Of a DNA stretch of 64,000 nt, positions 37,813-49,980 are shown piece after piece. Source of the stretch: Octopus sinensis (Eukaryota); the NCBI RefSeq assembly GCF_006345805.1, contig NC_043013.1, forward strand, positions 55,056,001 to 55,120,000. The letters run 5' to 3'. The notes under the pieces are model-generated. The model saw nothing but the letters and a program-made list of their open reading frames with translations, searched no databases and was not told where the DNA came from. The position numbers and the translations under genes were made by a program. Each line of letters starts with the position of its first letter. The first letter of the stretch is position 1.

Positions 37813-38021
37813 TTTTTATAATTATGACTATAATTATAATTAGGGTTCTGCAAAAATTTTGCTTCACCAAACTTTAGAAATAGCAGCCAAAGAATCTAGC
37901 TATTTCTTCTACTATAATAAGAAACTCCCAGACAACATATACTAAAAAACAATTGTTCAGTATGTGGTGAGGCAAATTTTTTGCCGAACCCTAATTATGA
38001 TTATACTCATAATTATAAAAA
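37813..38021. mobile_element. Small TIR element (57-bp TIRs)
   Basis: 37813-37869 vs reverse complement of 37965-38021: 5 mismatches. Confidence 0.75.
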
Positions 38022-38385
38022 GTATCATATATATATATATATATATATATAAATTAAAAAGTCAACTATTCTAACATTACACTGCCCATACTGAGAAGTA
38101 GCTGCTTAAAGAAAAATCTCAGCTACACATAAGTGAAGAATATTGCTTTGCCAGGGTTTCACATGTATTTTCAAAACTTATCTGAAAGGGCATCAGAGAA
38201 GATAAACTTCCACAAGAGTTAAGATAAAAACCTGTTTCCAAGAAATTCCAACATCTTATTGCTTAACTGACTGACACCTTCTAGCATCCTCTTGCCTTAA
38301 ACTACCGTCAGTTAAAAACTCCCTAAAAAAACAGTAGAGCCTTAATTATCTCTCATGACCACCAAAGATAATATTCTTCACGATC

Positions 38386-38416
<31 letters not shown>

Positions 38417-39159
38417 TATATGCTGATGTCATGGATATAAAGATATCAAGTGTAATTAATGTGTTCAACATGGCAGATTAATTTTACAAGATATCTGCAA
38501 TGTTCAACATTCTAATTCTGTGCCTACAGTTCTAACAAATAAGACAGTGCATACCTACATGTATGTGTGTGAGTCCGTGTGTGTGTGCGTGTATGTATGT
38601 ATGTATACACATGCATGTATTGCTCATGTATTGCTCATGTATTACTCATGTACATGTATGTCTGTATGCTTGCGTGGGCGTCTGGACTTGTGCATGTGTG
38701 TGTGTGGAAGCAGATTCAAGCAGTGCTGCAGTCATACATTATTCATAAATATTGTTAGAGAAAATATGGATTACTAATTGATGTTGTTAGATTGTGTGGG
38801 TGTGTATATGTGTAGCTGAGTACATACCTATACACATGCACACACACATATATTTATGCTTCCAGTGAGTATGTATGTATGTATGTGTGTATACACCTAC
38901 ATGAATACATATGCACATACTCACACACACATACAAGAATGTAAAAACTGTAAAACTGATACAAGTGCATCTTATACAAGCTGTCAACAAAATCTACTGT
39001 AGAACTCAATACTTGGTTTGGAGTAGGGAAATATGTTTATTATTTCAAAAGTAAACACTTGTTCAATAATCAAACAACAGTTACACAGCCTCAGGTTGAC
39101 CAAATCCTTCTGAGTGGATTTGGTAGATAGAAACTGAAAGAAGCCTGTTGTGTATATAT

Positions 39160-40430
39160 CATCATCATCATCATCATCATTTAGTGTTCATTTCCCATGC
39201 TGTCATATATTGGGCAGTTTGACTCGTATGCTGGATAGCTGCACCAGACTCCAGTCTGGTTTGGCTTGGTTTCTAGGGCTGGATGAACCTTTCTAAATCC
39301 AGCCACCCCACAGAGTATATCAAGAGACTTCTACATGTCACTGACACTGGCCACGACTACAATTTCACTTAGCTTCATGCGTCTTCTCAAGCACAGCAAA
39401 TCACCAATTGTCTAAGCCACTTGCCATTGCCTGCATGGGACTCAACATTGGAACATTATATTTGCCCATTTCACATCTTCCTGAGTCAACCTCAACCACA
39501 GGTTCCCTCAACAAATAGAAATCAACACTTCTTTCTGTTGTTGTCCTCATCCAAACACATCCCATGGCCATACCAGCACAGTCTTCTCTCTTGCACACAA
39601 CAGCTGATGCCCCTTATACTCACCTTTTTCTCTTAAGACACTTACACTCTGTCGTACTTGCACACTGACACTGCACAGCCAGTGGAACACACCAGTTACA
39701 TTGCTTTCAAACCTTTGCATGGCTCTCTACAGTTATAGCCTATGTTTCACTGCCATGCACCATGGCCGTTCACATGCAGGTATCATACAATCTGCCTTTA
39801 CCTCCAAGGGAGAGACACTCTTTGTTATCAACAAAAGTAGCAACAGTGTGAACTTCACCCAGCCTGTTCTTATTCTATCAGCTATGCTTTCAGAGCATCC
39901 TCCTCCACTGCTGACTTGGTCACTGAGCTAACAGAAACTATCTACTACTTCTAAGTATTGCCCTGGGCTTTAGACAAAGTCTATTCCTTTGTACATTCCT
40001 AGTGTTTATTGTGCCTATACACCTGCTACACACAAAGACTACTTTCTCTGTTAACCTCCTGACACGACTGCACTTCTAATGTGTCCATAGCTTGCTCTGG
40101 GTACATCTTATGGAGTTTCTACCTACATCTTTTCTACATAATGAGAAGGGCTATTGCCCTGATGGGATTTGTGATTTCTCTGTTTTCCTACTAGCTAAGA
40201 CTTTGGTCTTTGTTAAATCAACTCTTTGATTCTAGATCTTGCTTCCACACCTGAAACTTCTTCTCTAGTTCTGGTAGTGATTCAGCTATAAGAACATGGT
40301 CATCAGCATAGAGGAGATCCCAAGGGCAGCCCTTCTTAAATTCTCTGTTGTGGCATCTCATATAAACACTGTCAGCACAAAATGGTGACATTTGTTTATG
40401 CCTCTTGTAAACATGTTCCATAGCTCAAAA
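39160..40430 (-). mobile_element. RTE LINE 3' fragment (RT domain to 3' UTR with family C tail)
   Basis: REFKKGCPWDLLYADDHVLIAESLPELEKKFQVWKQDLESK (YADD motif); degenerate C-terminus, then the family C tail ending in (GAT)n. Confidence 0.85.
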
Positions 40431-42784
40431 ATTTTAGTGTGTAAAGAGCAGTGAAATAAACTCTTACTTGGCAAAGAAGTGTTGGCGACAGGAAGAACAT
40501 CAAACCACAGAATACTGTCTCAGGAATTATTGTCTAAGCCAAGTAAAGTTGGAGACGCAGATATAGAAATTGTTATAATGATGATGATGATAATGGTGAT
40601 ATAAAATCAGTATCGGTTTTATGTCTGCTTTTAACAAGCAAGTATGGGTTGGAAAATATGTGTGAATGTATATATTTATGCTAAAAAGTGATTATGTATG
40701 TATCTGTATATAATGAGTATGTATATATATAATTAATCTCCGAGCACCCTTAGTAAATAAATGTCTTGATTAGCTGAACTAAGATGAATCTTGTGAGGTT
40801 CATATGTGTCTTATTACCATATGTGTGTGTGTGTTTGCATTAACAGATTATCGATTGCTAATTTTAGTATATAGCATATTAATTAATGATTTATAATCCA
40901 AGAATATAATGCATAGATTGTTGATTATATGTTTCAACTGCAAGGCACCAATTATCTATACAAACTGAATATGAAAAATGAAGAATAGTATAATACGTTA
41001 TTCAGAAATCTTCATGACTTGTCTCAGATCAAATTTGTACAGTAATTATAAATAAAGTAATCTTAATACAAAAATTATATATATGTATTCCATGACTTAA
41101 ATATCTTGAGAGCTTTCAGGAAACCAAATATATGACAAAAGCTTTAAAAAAGAATACAAAAGAAGTATATTTCCTTTAAACACTATGATGGAATGCTTCA
41201 GAATTATTTCTCTTTCCTCAATTTTTTGCGAACTTAAGAGGATTGGTTGAACGAATATATTAACAGAAGTATTGCAAAGAATATACAACAGTCCCTCACT
41301 TCTTCTCTTGAAGAGCTGTTTCAACAGGGTTCCATCCAAATCTATGGATTTAGCAGAACCACTTGAAATCCTAAGAAATTGCTTCACTAACATTATAAGT
41401 TTTAAGAACAGATTATTTCATATGCTTGAATCTGCTTTTTAAGGTCTGAAATATCTCAGCAATTACAAAAGAATTTGAAAGTGACTTTCTAGGCAGGAAT
41501 AAATGGAAAATACCATCAGAAAACAAAAAAAGAAACATACAATTATAATTAAATTAAAATTAACTTTGAACAGGAGGCTAATCAATGTTAATAAAGAATC
41601 TCAAATTTTTCAAATAAATTTTACCTAATTCAAAAATAAAAGGAAATTAAAAGATATTTGGAGGAAGAAATCTGTACTCTATGAAAAAAACAAAAACAAA
41701 CAGAACTGCCAAAGATTATTCCAACGCTGATAAGGGATGTGTGTGTTTACTTTTGTTTTATTAGAAGCTGTGGCCATGCTGGGGCACCTCAACTGGATTG
41801 ATTGTTAGTTTATTTCATTTCATTTCCATGTGCTTCTTGCTTTGTTTGGTTTTGGTGACTGAGTAAATTTTAAAATGTTGCCCTTTAAAAGAGACGTGGG
41901 ATCATCTCATCTCTCAGACAAAAATTCATCATAGTATATCTTGAATACATCCACATTTATGACATAGATCTCTGAGGTATTTTCATAATGTATTGAAAAG
42001 CTATGGACCAATGAACCCTAAGCCATTACAGTATTGGGTCCCTACACTAGACAAAGAGTGGGCAGACGACTGATACTATAAAGTGGCTTCCAGTTCAGAG
42101 TTAGGTTTAGCTTTCAACCACAAAGTTAGGCACTAAACCATCTGGCTCTTAACCACATACCTTTTGCATCTTTGCTCAAGGAAGTTGAGTCTCACTTCTT
42201 TTAGTCTTTCCCTGTATACACTACGACCCATCCACACACACACACATATGTACATATACCTGTTTCAGTAGGAATTGAAAGAAAAAATGGAATCTTTGAA
42301 GATGATCAATTCAAAAAGTGGTGTGGTTTGATATGGTTATTTTACTGACTGGCATGGATCCATTCCCCAACATGTTACAGTCTTTTCTTCATATGTGCAA
42401 TTCTTCTTCTTTGGCATTTCTGTTGCTATATCAATCACTTCTGCTCCTCTGAACAAGCTCTCTACATATTTTCTTCATCAATCTCTTTTTCCTTCCATCA
42501 TGCTTCTAAAACCCAATACATAACACTTTGCACAAAGCTATCCTTTCCAGAGCTGCAAATTTTCTGGACTTCTCTCTTCACCCAGTCTTTTCCTACAGAT
42601 ACCAACCTACAAGATGCCCATCAGCTTTATTTGAGGGCTTCAGAAGAAACAGGCTGAATAGTGTGAAGAGCCTTGTAGGGGAGAATCGGGAATGCAATTC
42701 CATGATAGCCAACACCTGTAGGCATAGCACTATCCTTATTCCTTCTTGGACTAATTAAAAAATCCTACACACAAACACACATAC

Positions 42785-42802
42785 TCTCTCTCTCTCTCTC
42801 TC

Positions 42803-42840
<38 letters not shown>

Positions 42841-42856
42841 TCTCTCTCTATTTCTC
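42785..42856. repeat. (CT)n homopyrimidine tract
   Basis: Directly visible. Confidence 0.95.
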
Positions 42857-45559
42857 TCACACACACAAATATTCATCCACTATCTTACACACACAAAGAA
42901 GAACTGAATGATAAATAGTGCAGAGAAAGACAGACATTGAATCTTTAAAATTATTCAGCATCATAAACTAAAAAGAAAAAGATAATTGAATGCCAGATTG
43001 TAATAAATTACAAACAGTATAATTTTTCAATGTAAATCTTTTTATTAATATAAGATTACTATGTGTCTTTCAATGGCAAGATGTTTATAGATTAGTGGTA
43101 GAGAGCACTTCCTTTTATGAAATTCTATCACCAGACATCTGGTCTCTATAGTAAATCCCTTTATAATGAAGCAAATATAGAATTCTTCAACAATACTTAA
43201 ATAAATTACTTTTATAACTTTAATATTACACACATACACGTACACCCACACACAGAGTATATCTTCTAATGGAAATTATTGATAGAATATTATCAAGAAA
43301 GTATTCTTTGTTTAAATACATTTATCTATCTACGTTTTATATATAAGTCTTCAATAACAAAATAGTTTATGATATCTTAAGAAATACTTATAAGGTTAAA
43401 TTGCTGGGCTACAAAGTCACATGGTCAAGCTGTTCATACCATGCTCCAGGCTTTAAGTTCAGATCCTTCTGCCAGCACCTTATCTTGGATTGTGGTTCAG
43501 AGGGTACACCATAGAACATAATGTCTCTGGGATTCTTTTGGTTTTAGTTCAGAAACTCTTTGGTTCTACTAAAAATTTTAAAAAATGGATATTATGATAT
43601 TCTATATCTTTATCTCTCAATACAATTCGAGGTAGGTACCTAATCTGTCTTATTGAGACAAATAATGGAGTTGCTAGTGTACCATTATTGCAGCAAAATG
43701 GTTTATACTTTGGTATTACACAGCCCCTTTAACAGAAATATTTAGTTCTCAATGAGAGGGAACTGCCAAATAGTTGTTCACTTTGCTAGAAATTGCAGCT
43801 GAATCTCTCGTGATCGACACTCTGCTGTCTTAAACAACTAAGCACAAGGAGATGGTATAGCTCCATCCAGTCTTAAAAAGACAAGATGGTCACAACTGGA
43901 ATGTCTTTGACCATGGATTTGTTCCATGGGGCTAATCTCTTATTATAATCTCCTTATAAGACAGTGTTTAGCCATAATGACATATCAATGATGCAGAAGT
44001 ACCATTTACTATTGAAAGTAGCAATGATATATTTAGTTCATAGGAATGAAATTAATTCTCTATGAAACTTGATTCTGTCCCATGAAGAGGTAGCATGGAT
44101 ACCATATTCCTTATGAGACAAATATAAAAGAAATACAAGGCTACAACTAAGTTCCTATTCCTAACATTCGCTGATCTTTGTGTGTGTGTGGGGGGGGTAC
44201 GTTAGAAATCAGTTCTCACCCCACTCATATTTATTGATGCTCAGTCTCATCAAGGTGTTTTCTCTACTACTTTTAGTTCCTTTCAGACAGCTGGTTTCAT
44301 TCCACCTCCATCCTCACCTAATTCTGCCAGCTATTCTCTTTCTATCACCTGTATTCTTTTGCCTCATCCTTTAGACCCAGTACAAACTATTACCCCCAAT
44401 CCTTCCTCATTAGATCATCACCTCTGGAATTGTCTGTCACTCATGATTTTTGATACAACATGCAAGAGTACTAGTCACATCAAGCTCACCTGTCTTAAAG
44501 GAGTTGCAAAGAATATGCCTACAACCCATCCCTCCACATTAGACTATTGAAAAATAAATAATTATATTGCTGTTATTTGTTTTATTGATCACTGGTGGAT
44601 GAAATTAAAGTCAATCCTGGCAGAAAATGGGGGGAAAAAATCTGCAAATGAATAAAAGAAGATAACACTGCAAGGGGATTTCTTCTCCAGTGCTATTATT
44701 TCTACCAACTCCCAATTTTAGATTATGGTCAGAATATTGACATAAAGGAAAAGAATAAAATTATTACTGCAGCAACTACTAATGATAATGTTGATGATGA
44801 TGACAATGATGATTATCACTATAATGAAGATGATAGCAATTATTTTATGAGTAAAATATTACCATACTGTTGCTTCTGATTAAAATGATGATAATGGTGA
44901 TAATGAAATTGTCTTTCCTATCGCTGACTGTAATTACAATGACAATAAACTAATCAGTAGAATATGATATGGATTTGGACAAGATCGGTTTCCAACATGA
45001 GCAAATTTCAAATCAATAATATAAAACAGCACATTATTGGCTGAAATTAATTAATTGCAGTTTTAACTGTTGCTTGTTAATAAGCTAGCTGGTTTTTAAT
45101 ACGCTGCAGTCCATTGCTCATAAGACTCCTATAACTTCAAGTATCATGCATAATTCACAATTGGGAAAAATGGAGAAAATATCTTTTTAAAGTCATATTT
45201 TCGTTAATTACTCCAGCTTTTTGGTTTTTGTTTGATAATTTCCCTTTGTTTACCTATAGATTTTTTCTCCCAGTAACATGGACAGGAAACTAAACTTTAA
45301 TGAATTGTTTATTATGCTTAACTTTTTTTTTTGTTAATTAAAGAAACTCATTAAAACACAAATCATTTAAATAATTTTAAAAATGACAATATTACTGATA
45401 ATAATTTTGATTTATATATTAGGTGCAAAACCAATTATTTATTGAGGAAGGCTGTAATTAAGATCCAATCAACTGCCGTATATTTTTGATGCTTATTTTC
45501 CATCAAAGATAATGAGAGAAGCTGGCTTGGGAAGAATTTTGAAAACTAAAAGCTGCACT

Positions 45560-45780
45560 GAATTTAATCATTATCATCATATAATTACAATCTTCCATGT
45601 TGGTATCAGTCGAACAGGATCTGACAAGTCAGAGGACTGTGACATGCTCCAGTATCAACCTTGGCACGGGTTTGATGGCTGGATGCCCTTTCAAATGTCA
45701 GCCGCTTTACATTGAGTACTACATGGTTCTTTTTATTGCCCTGGCATTAGTGAAGTCAGCTTGTAATATAAAAGAGCCCC
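45560..45780 (-). mobile_element. Family C SINE/RTE-tail, diverged
   Basis: TTCCATGTTGG...GGCTGGATGCCCTTTC. Confidence 0.65.
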
Positions 45781-45829
45781 ACTACCACCACCACCACCAC
45801 AACAACAAAATGGGCATAATTAGATGGGA

Positions 45830-46400
45830 GCTGGAAAGAGTGATCAAGACAGGGTGATGCGCTATCTCAGTGTATACCAAAGGTACAAAAAGGTGAGTAG
45901 AAGAAAGTGCAGTGATAGAAATCTTCCAAGGGGACAAAATATCATAAAAGAAGAATTAGAAATTCTGATTTTTACTGTTTGGAACCAATACTCAGTCACT
46001 AAGAATTACAAGAATATAATAATGAATGAAAGGTTCTAACATCATATACAAACTGTGCAACCAGGACAGTGATGTAAGTGACCACATCATTTCCAGCTGT
46101 GCAACCCTTGCCTTGCCTGAGTATATTTACAGATGTAATTGAAGCAGTGTCTACAAGACACAAGGTCAGCACTTTGATATGATAGGCAAGAAGTGGAAGA
46201 GGGAAAAACTGTCAAAATACAAGGATCTTAAAACTGTAGAAACAGTATCAATAATATTTGGAATACAAGAAATGATAAAAAAGAAAGATGACATAGAAAG
46301 CAAAAACATATCAGGGACCACAATGTTACATAGAGTCCGAAAAACAGCCCTGCTGAAAACAACCAATGTCCATCATCCAACAGAACAAGACAGCACTTAC
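45830..46400 (+). mobile_element. Degenerate R4/Dong-like LINE C-terminus (CCHC + REL)
   Basis: KEELEILIFTVWNQYSVTKNYKNII; YKLCNQDSDVSDHIISSCATLALPEYIYRCN; KREKLSKYKDLK...RKTALLKT. Confidence 0.75.
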
Positions 46401-46534
46401 ACTTAAATAATCATCACCCAATAGAATAACACAGCAAATACTCTTACATAATCGATGCAATCCCATCAACTCAAATTGTACACAGCTGCCATCCATTTAT
46501 ACAAAACGCACAACACCAATCACAAAGCACACAC

Positions 46535-46632
46535 TTTTGTGTTTCTCTTCAAGTGGTCCTTGAAGGAGGTGATGAGGAGCTGTTCAAATCTTTCAGCTGC
46601 ATCCATCATATTGCTTTCTTCCCTTCAGCCAA
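46535..46632 (-). other. Candidate exon; possible start of ORF MMDAAERFEQLLITSFKDHLKRNTK (46609-46535)
   Basis: Acceptor ttatttttccttgtcag, donor AAA|GTGTGT; protein not recognised. Confidence 0.3.
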
Positions 46633-46891
46633 CTGACAAGGAAAAATAATCCTGTTCTTCCATGTCAAAGGGAGGCGATGATAGGTTGACCTGTGCAATA
46701 GACATAGCTGTGCACGACAACAGCTGTTTGACATAAACAAATTCAATAATAGGCAGACATTGAAGCAATGAGTGCTGGGTGGGTTATCATGGAGAACACA
46801 TCACATATTAGTTCAGTTGTCGGTACTTAGAACATTGCCATGCCTGTAGTGATTAACCTGAACAGGCAATGTCATCCGCCCCCCCACTTAC

Positions 46892-46919
46892 CTTCACTTC
46901 TCTGCAGCAGTGTCATGTG
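46892..46919 (-). other. Candidate 28-nt exon
   Basis: Acceptor ctctttactcccttacag, donor AAG|GTAAGT followed by a G-run. Confidence 0.4.
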
Positions 46920-47511
46920 CTGTAAGGGAGTAAAGAGTGTGTGTGTACATGAGAACCTGTGCATGTGTGTGTGTGTGTGTACGAGAATGCATGTATTTGC
47001 TATATAAAAGTAGTAAGCAGAGAGAGCGAGAGAATGTTAGAGTTGTTAAGCTAAGGTAAAGTTATATGAAAATAGAAATCCAACAGGATGAAACAGTGTG
47101 GAGAGGAGAATAGGGAGGGACAGTAGGAAAGATATAGAAGAAGGAAAGATATAGAAGAAGGAGAGAGAGGGAGTTGAAAAGATATGAGAGAGAGAGAGAG
47201 AGGGAGGAGAGAGAGAGAGAAGAGACTCATCAAATACAGATGTACAAAAAGCAAGTGAAAATCACAAAGAAAGAAACCATGATAAAGAAATGGTTTCGCA
47301 AATGTGATAAAAGAAGGAACAGAATAATGGCTAACTCTCATTTTTGAGTCAGATTCTAATGGTAAACTCAATGTGTTCTTAATTATGAAAAAAAAAACAC
47401 TTATTCAAGAAGATTTCAGGGTCAGAGGATTGTCTCTCAAATCTTTACAGAATAATAGTAATATTATTAATAATAATAATAATAATAATATTAATAATAA
47501 CAACAACAACA

Positions 47512-47565
<54 letters not shown>

Positions 47566-47689
47566 TATTCTTATTTCTATCAGGTACTTTCACTGCACTA
47601 CCAAGTTGCAGTTCTTTATGCCTTGGGCATGTGCTGTGGCTCGTGATCCATGTTTAAACCCTTCAGACAAGATTCTGAATATCAACTCA

Positions 47690-47829
47690 GGACTTGTTTG
47701 TTTACCAGCCACAGGGTTCCTGGTTCAGTCCCACTGGAGAGCACCTCAAGCAAATATCCTTTACTAGAGCCTGAGGCTGATCAAAGCCTTAGAAATGGAT
47801 TTGGTAGCTGGAAACAAAAGGAAACCTGC

Positions 47830-47830
<1 letters not shown>
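47690..47830 (+). mobile_element. Family A SINE 5' part
   Basis: TTGTTTACCAGCCACAGGGTTCCTGGTTCAGTCCCACTG...AAAGCCTTAGAAATGGATTTGGTAG. Confidence 0.75.
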
Positions 47831-47903
<73 letters not shown>

Positions 47904-47906
47904 GTG

Positions 47907-47937
<31 letters not shown>

Positions 47938-49799
47938 TGTGTGTGTATGCATGCATGTGTGCACATGCATGTATGTTTGTACCACTTGTCTTTATAAGAT
48001 TCTTATAGACAAATGTCATTGTTCATACCATTTGAGTCATTCATTTCTATTCTTCCCTGAAGATCATAGTGAAATATTCCATTTCTTGGGGCTGCACCAG
48101 GAAAAGGTACACAGCCATAGAAAACTTGCCTAAATGAATTCCATGGGACTTCTGCAAGCATGGGGGATTGGATGGTAGATGATGAGGATGATGATGCTGA
48201 TGCTGATATATATATATATATAAAATGTTTCTTGAGAAATATTCCATACACTTAATACAGCTTAAAATCGATTACCTGGGCTATATAAAGGTTATAATCT
48301 TCATAGTATACATATGTAAATGATTTCAAGAATATTAGCTTTCACAAATCTTCCCTGAAAATCTTAATTTATAATTACAGATCAAAAGCATTTTATCTAT
48401 AAACTGATATTCTGAGATGTGGAATTTACTTTGATTGCAATATTTCATTACATATTTTACATCCTGAATTATTTAATTTTCAAACAATTATATATTTCTT
48501 AAACACAGTATATAGCCATTCATTAGAATATTGGACACAGAATATCAAGTTCTTTTTAATTCCAACACTTTGTCCTCTGAGTTTAGATCCTGTCAGGGTC
48601 AATTTTACCTTTTATCCTTCCAAGATTGATACTGCAAGCACTAATCAAGGGTGGTGCTTTGGTGGATGCGTCCAACCCATGCCAGCATGGAAGGTGGATG
48701 CTAAATGACGATGATGATGTTAATGTCTCAGATTGGATGTCTTCTAGAATTTGTTTCAACTCTTTTTCTGACTTCAAATCTTATGGTCTATTTGGATGGT
48801 AACCTTAATTCCCCACCCACCTAGTTCTTGGGTGCCTCTCCTGGAAGATTTCACTTTGTTGCAATGTAATCAATTGGATTAGAATTCTAGTTTGAAGATC
48901 TCTCTCTCAGAGCCTCTCTAATGAAGCATAACTGCTGACCTAACCAATATCTTGCCCCTTTAGTGATTCCTCTGATGACAAATATATAGAGAAGTTTGTT
49001 TGGCTAATGAGTAATAATTGATTCTAACAAAGGTACGTGACCAAAAATTTGAAAGAAGGGAACAGATAATTGGATTGTCTCCAGCACTTTACTGCTTCTT
49101 TATTTTGTTGTCCTCAAAATAATGAAAGGCAAAGTGACCTCGCTAGGGTTTGATCTCAATGCAAAAAGTCAGAACATAATATTTGAAAGGCATTTTGTCT
49201 AATGTTCTGCTGGTTATTCTATCAGTCAACTGCCTTATTAATTAAGTAATTAGTTTGGTTTCTAATGTAGGCATAAGGTCGACAATTTTGAGCTGACTGG
49301 TTTATTTACTGCTTTTGACCTCAGTATTTGGGTGATGATTATTTAACTGTAAGTGCTGTATTGTTCTGTTGGATGATGGACATTGGTTGTTTTCAGCGGG
49401 GCTAATTTACCAGCTTACTAACGAGGTTGTAAAAAAACAAAATTTTATCTCCTGTCACCCCTTGAATTATTAAAAAAATATGAAGCAAAGCAAATATTGT
49501 TTTGTTTTCTTGTTGCAGAATTATTAATTTTAGTTTTACTGCTCCATGTATTAATAGTTGATACTAACAGGTTTATGAAAAAATATTTCAATTTATTTAT
49601 TTATTTTTTATGAATACTCATTTTCAATTATTTGTAGAACTAAACTTGTATGTTGATATTTAAACTTTCTTAAAACAACAATACCTGCAGTGCTAGAAAA
49701 AGTTTACACCACATCTCCCACCACCAAGGAAAGCACAAAAGTAAAAAGGTACAACATTTGATTATTAGGTCACAGGATAAAGGGGCAAACTGAAGAATC

Positions 49800-49980
49800 A
49801 TTAATTTGCTGGACAAAATGCTTGGTAGCATTTCTCGTGGCTTTATATTCTGAGTTCAAATTTCACTGAGGTCGACTTTCATCCTTTTGGGGTGAACCAA
49901 ATAAGTACCAGTTGTGCACTGGGGTTGATCTAATCGACTTGTCCCCTTCCCCAGAATTTCAGGCCTTGTGTCTATAGTAT
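49800..49980 (+). mobile_element. Family B SINE
   Basis: TTCTGAGTTCAAATTTCACTGAGGTCGACTTTCATCCTTTTGGGG...ATAAGTACCAG. Confidence 0.8.

Noticed and set aside
41322-41342. HAD-like DLDGTLL motif in the minus ORF 41097-41393
   Set aside because: It lacks the preceding hydrophobic beta-strand and other HAD motifs; likely coincidence.
45824-45892. MGAGKS... myristoylation-like exon with AAG|GTGAGT donor
   Set aside because: It is contiguous with the degenerate R4/Dong LINE coding remnant and has a poor acceptor.
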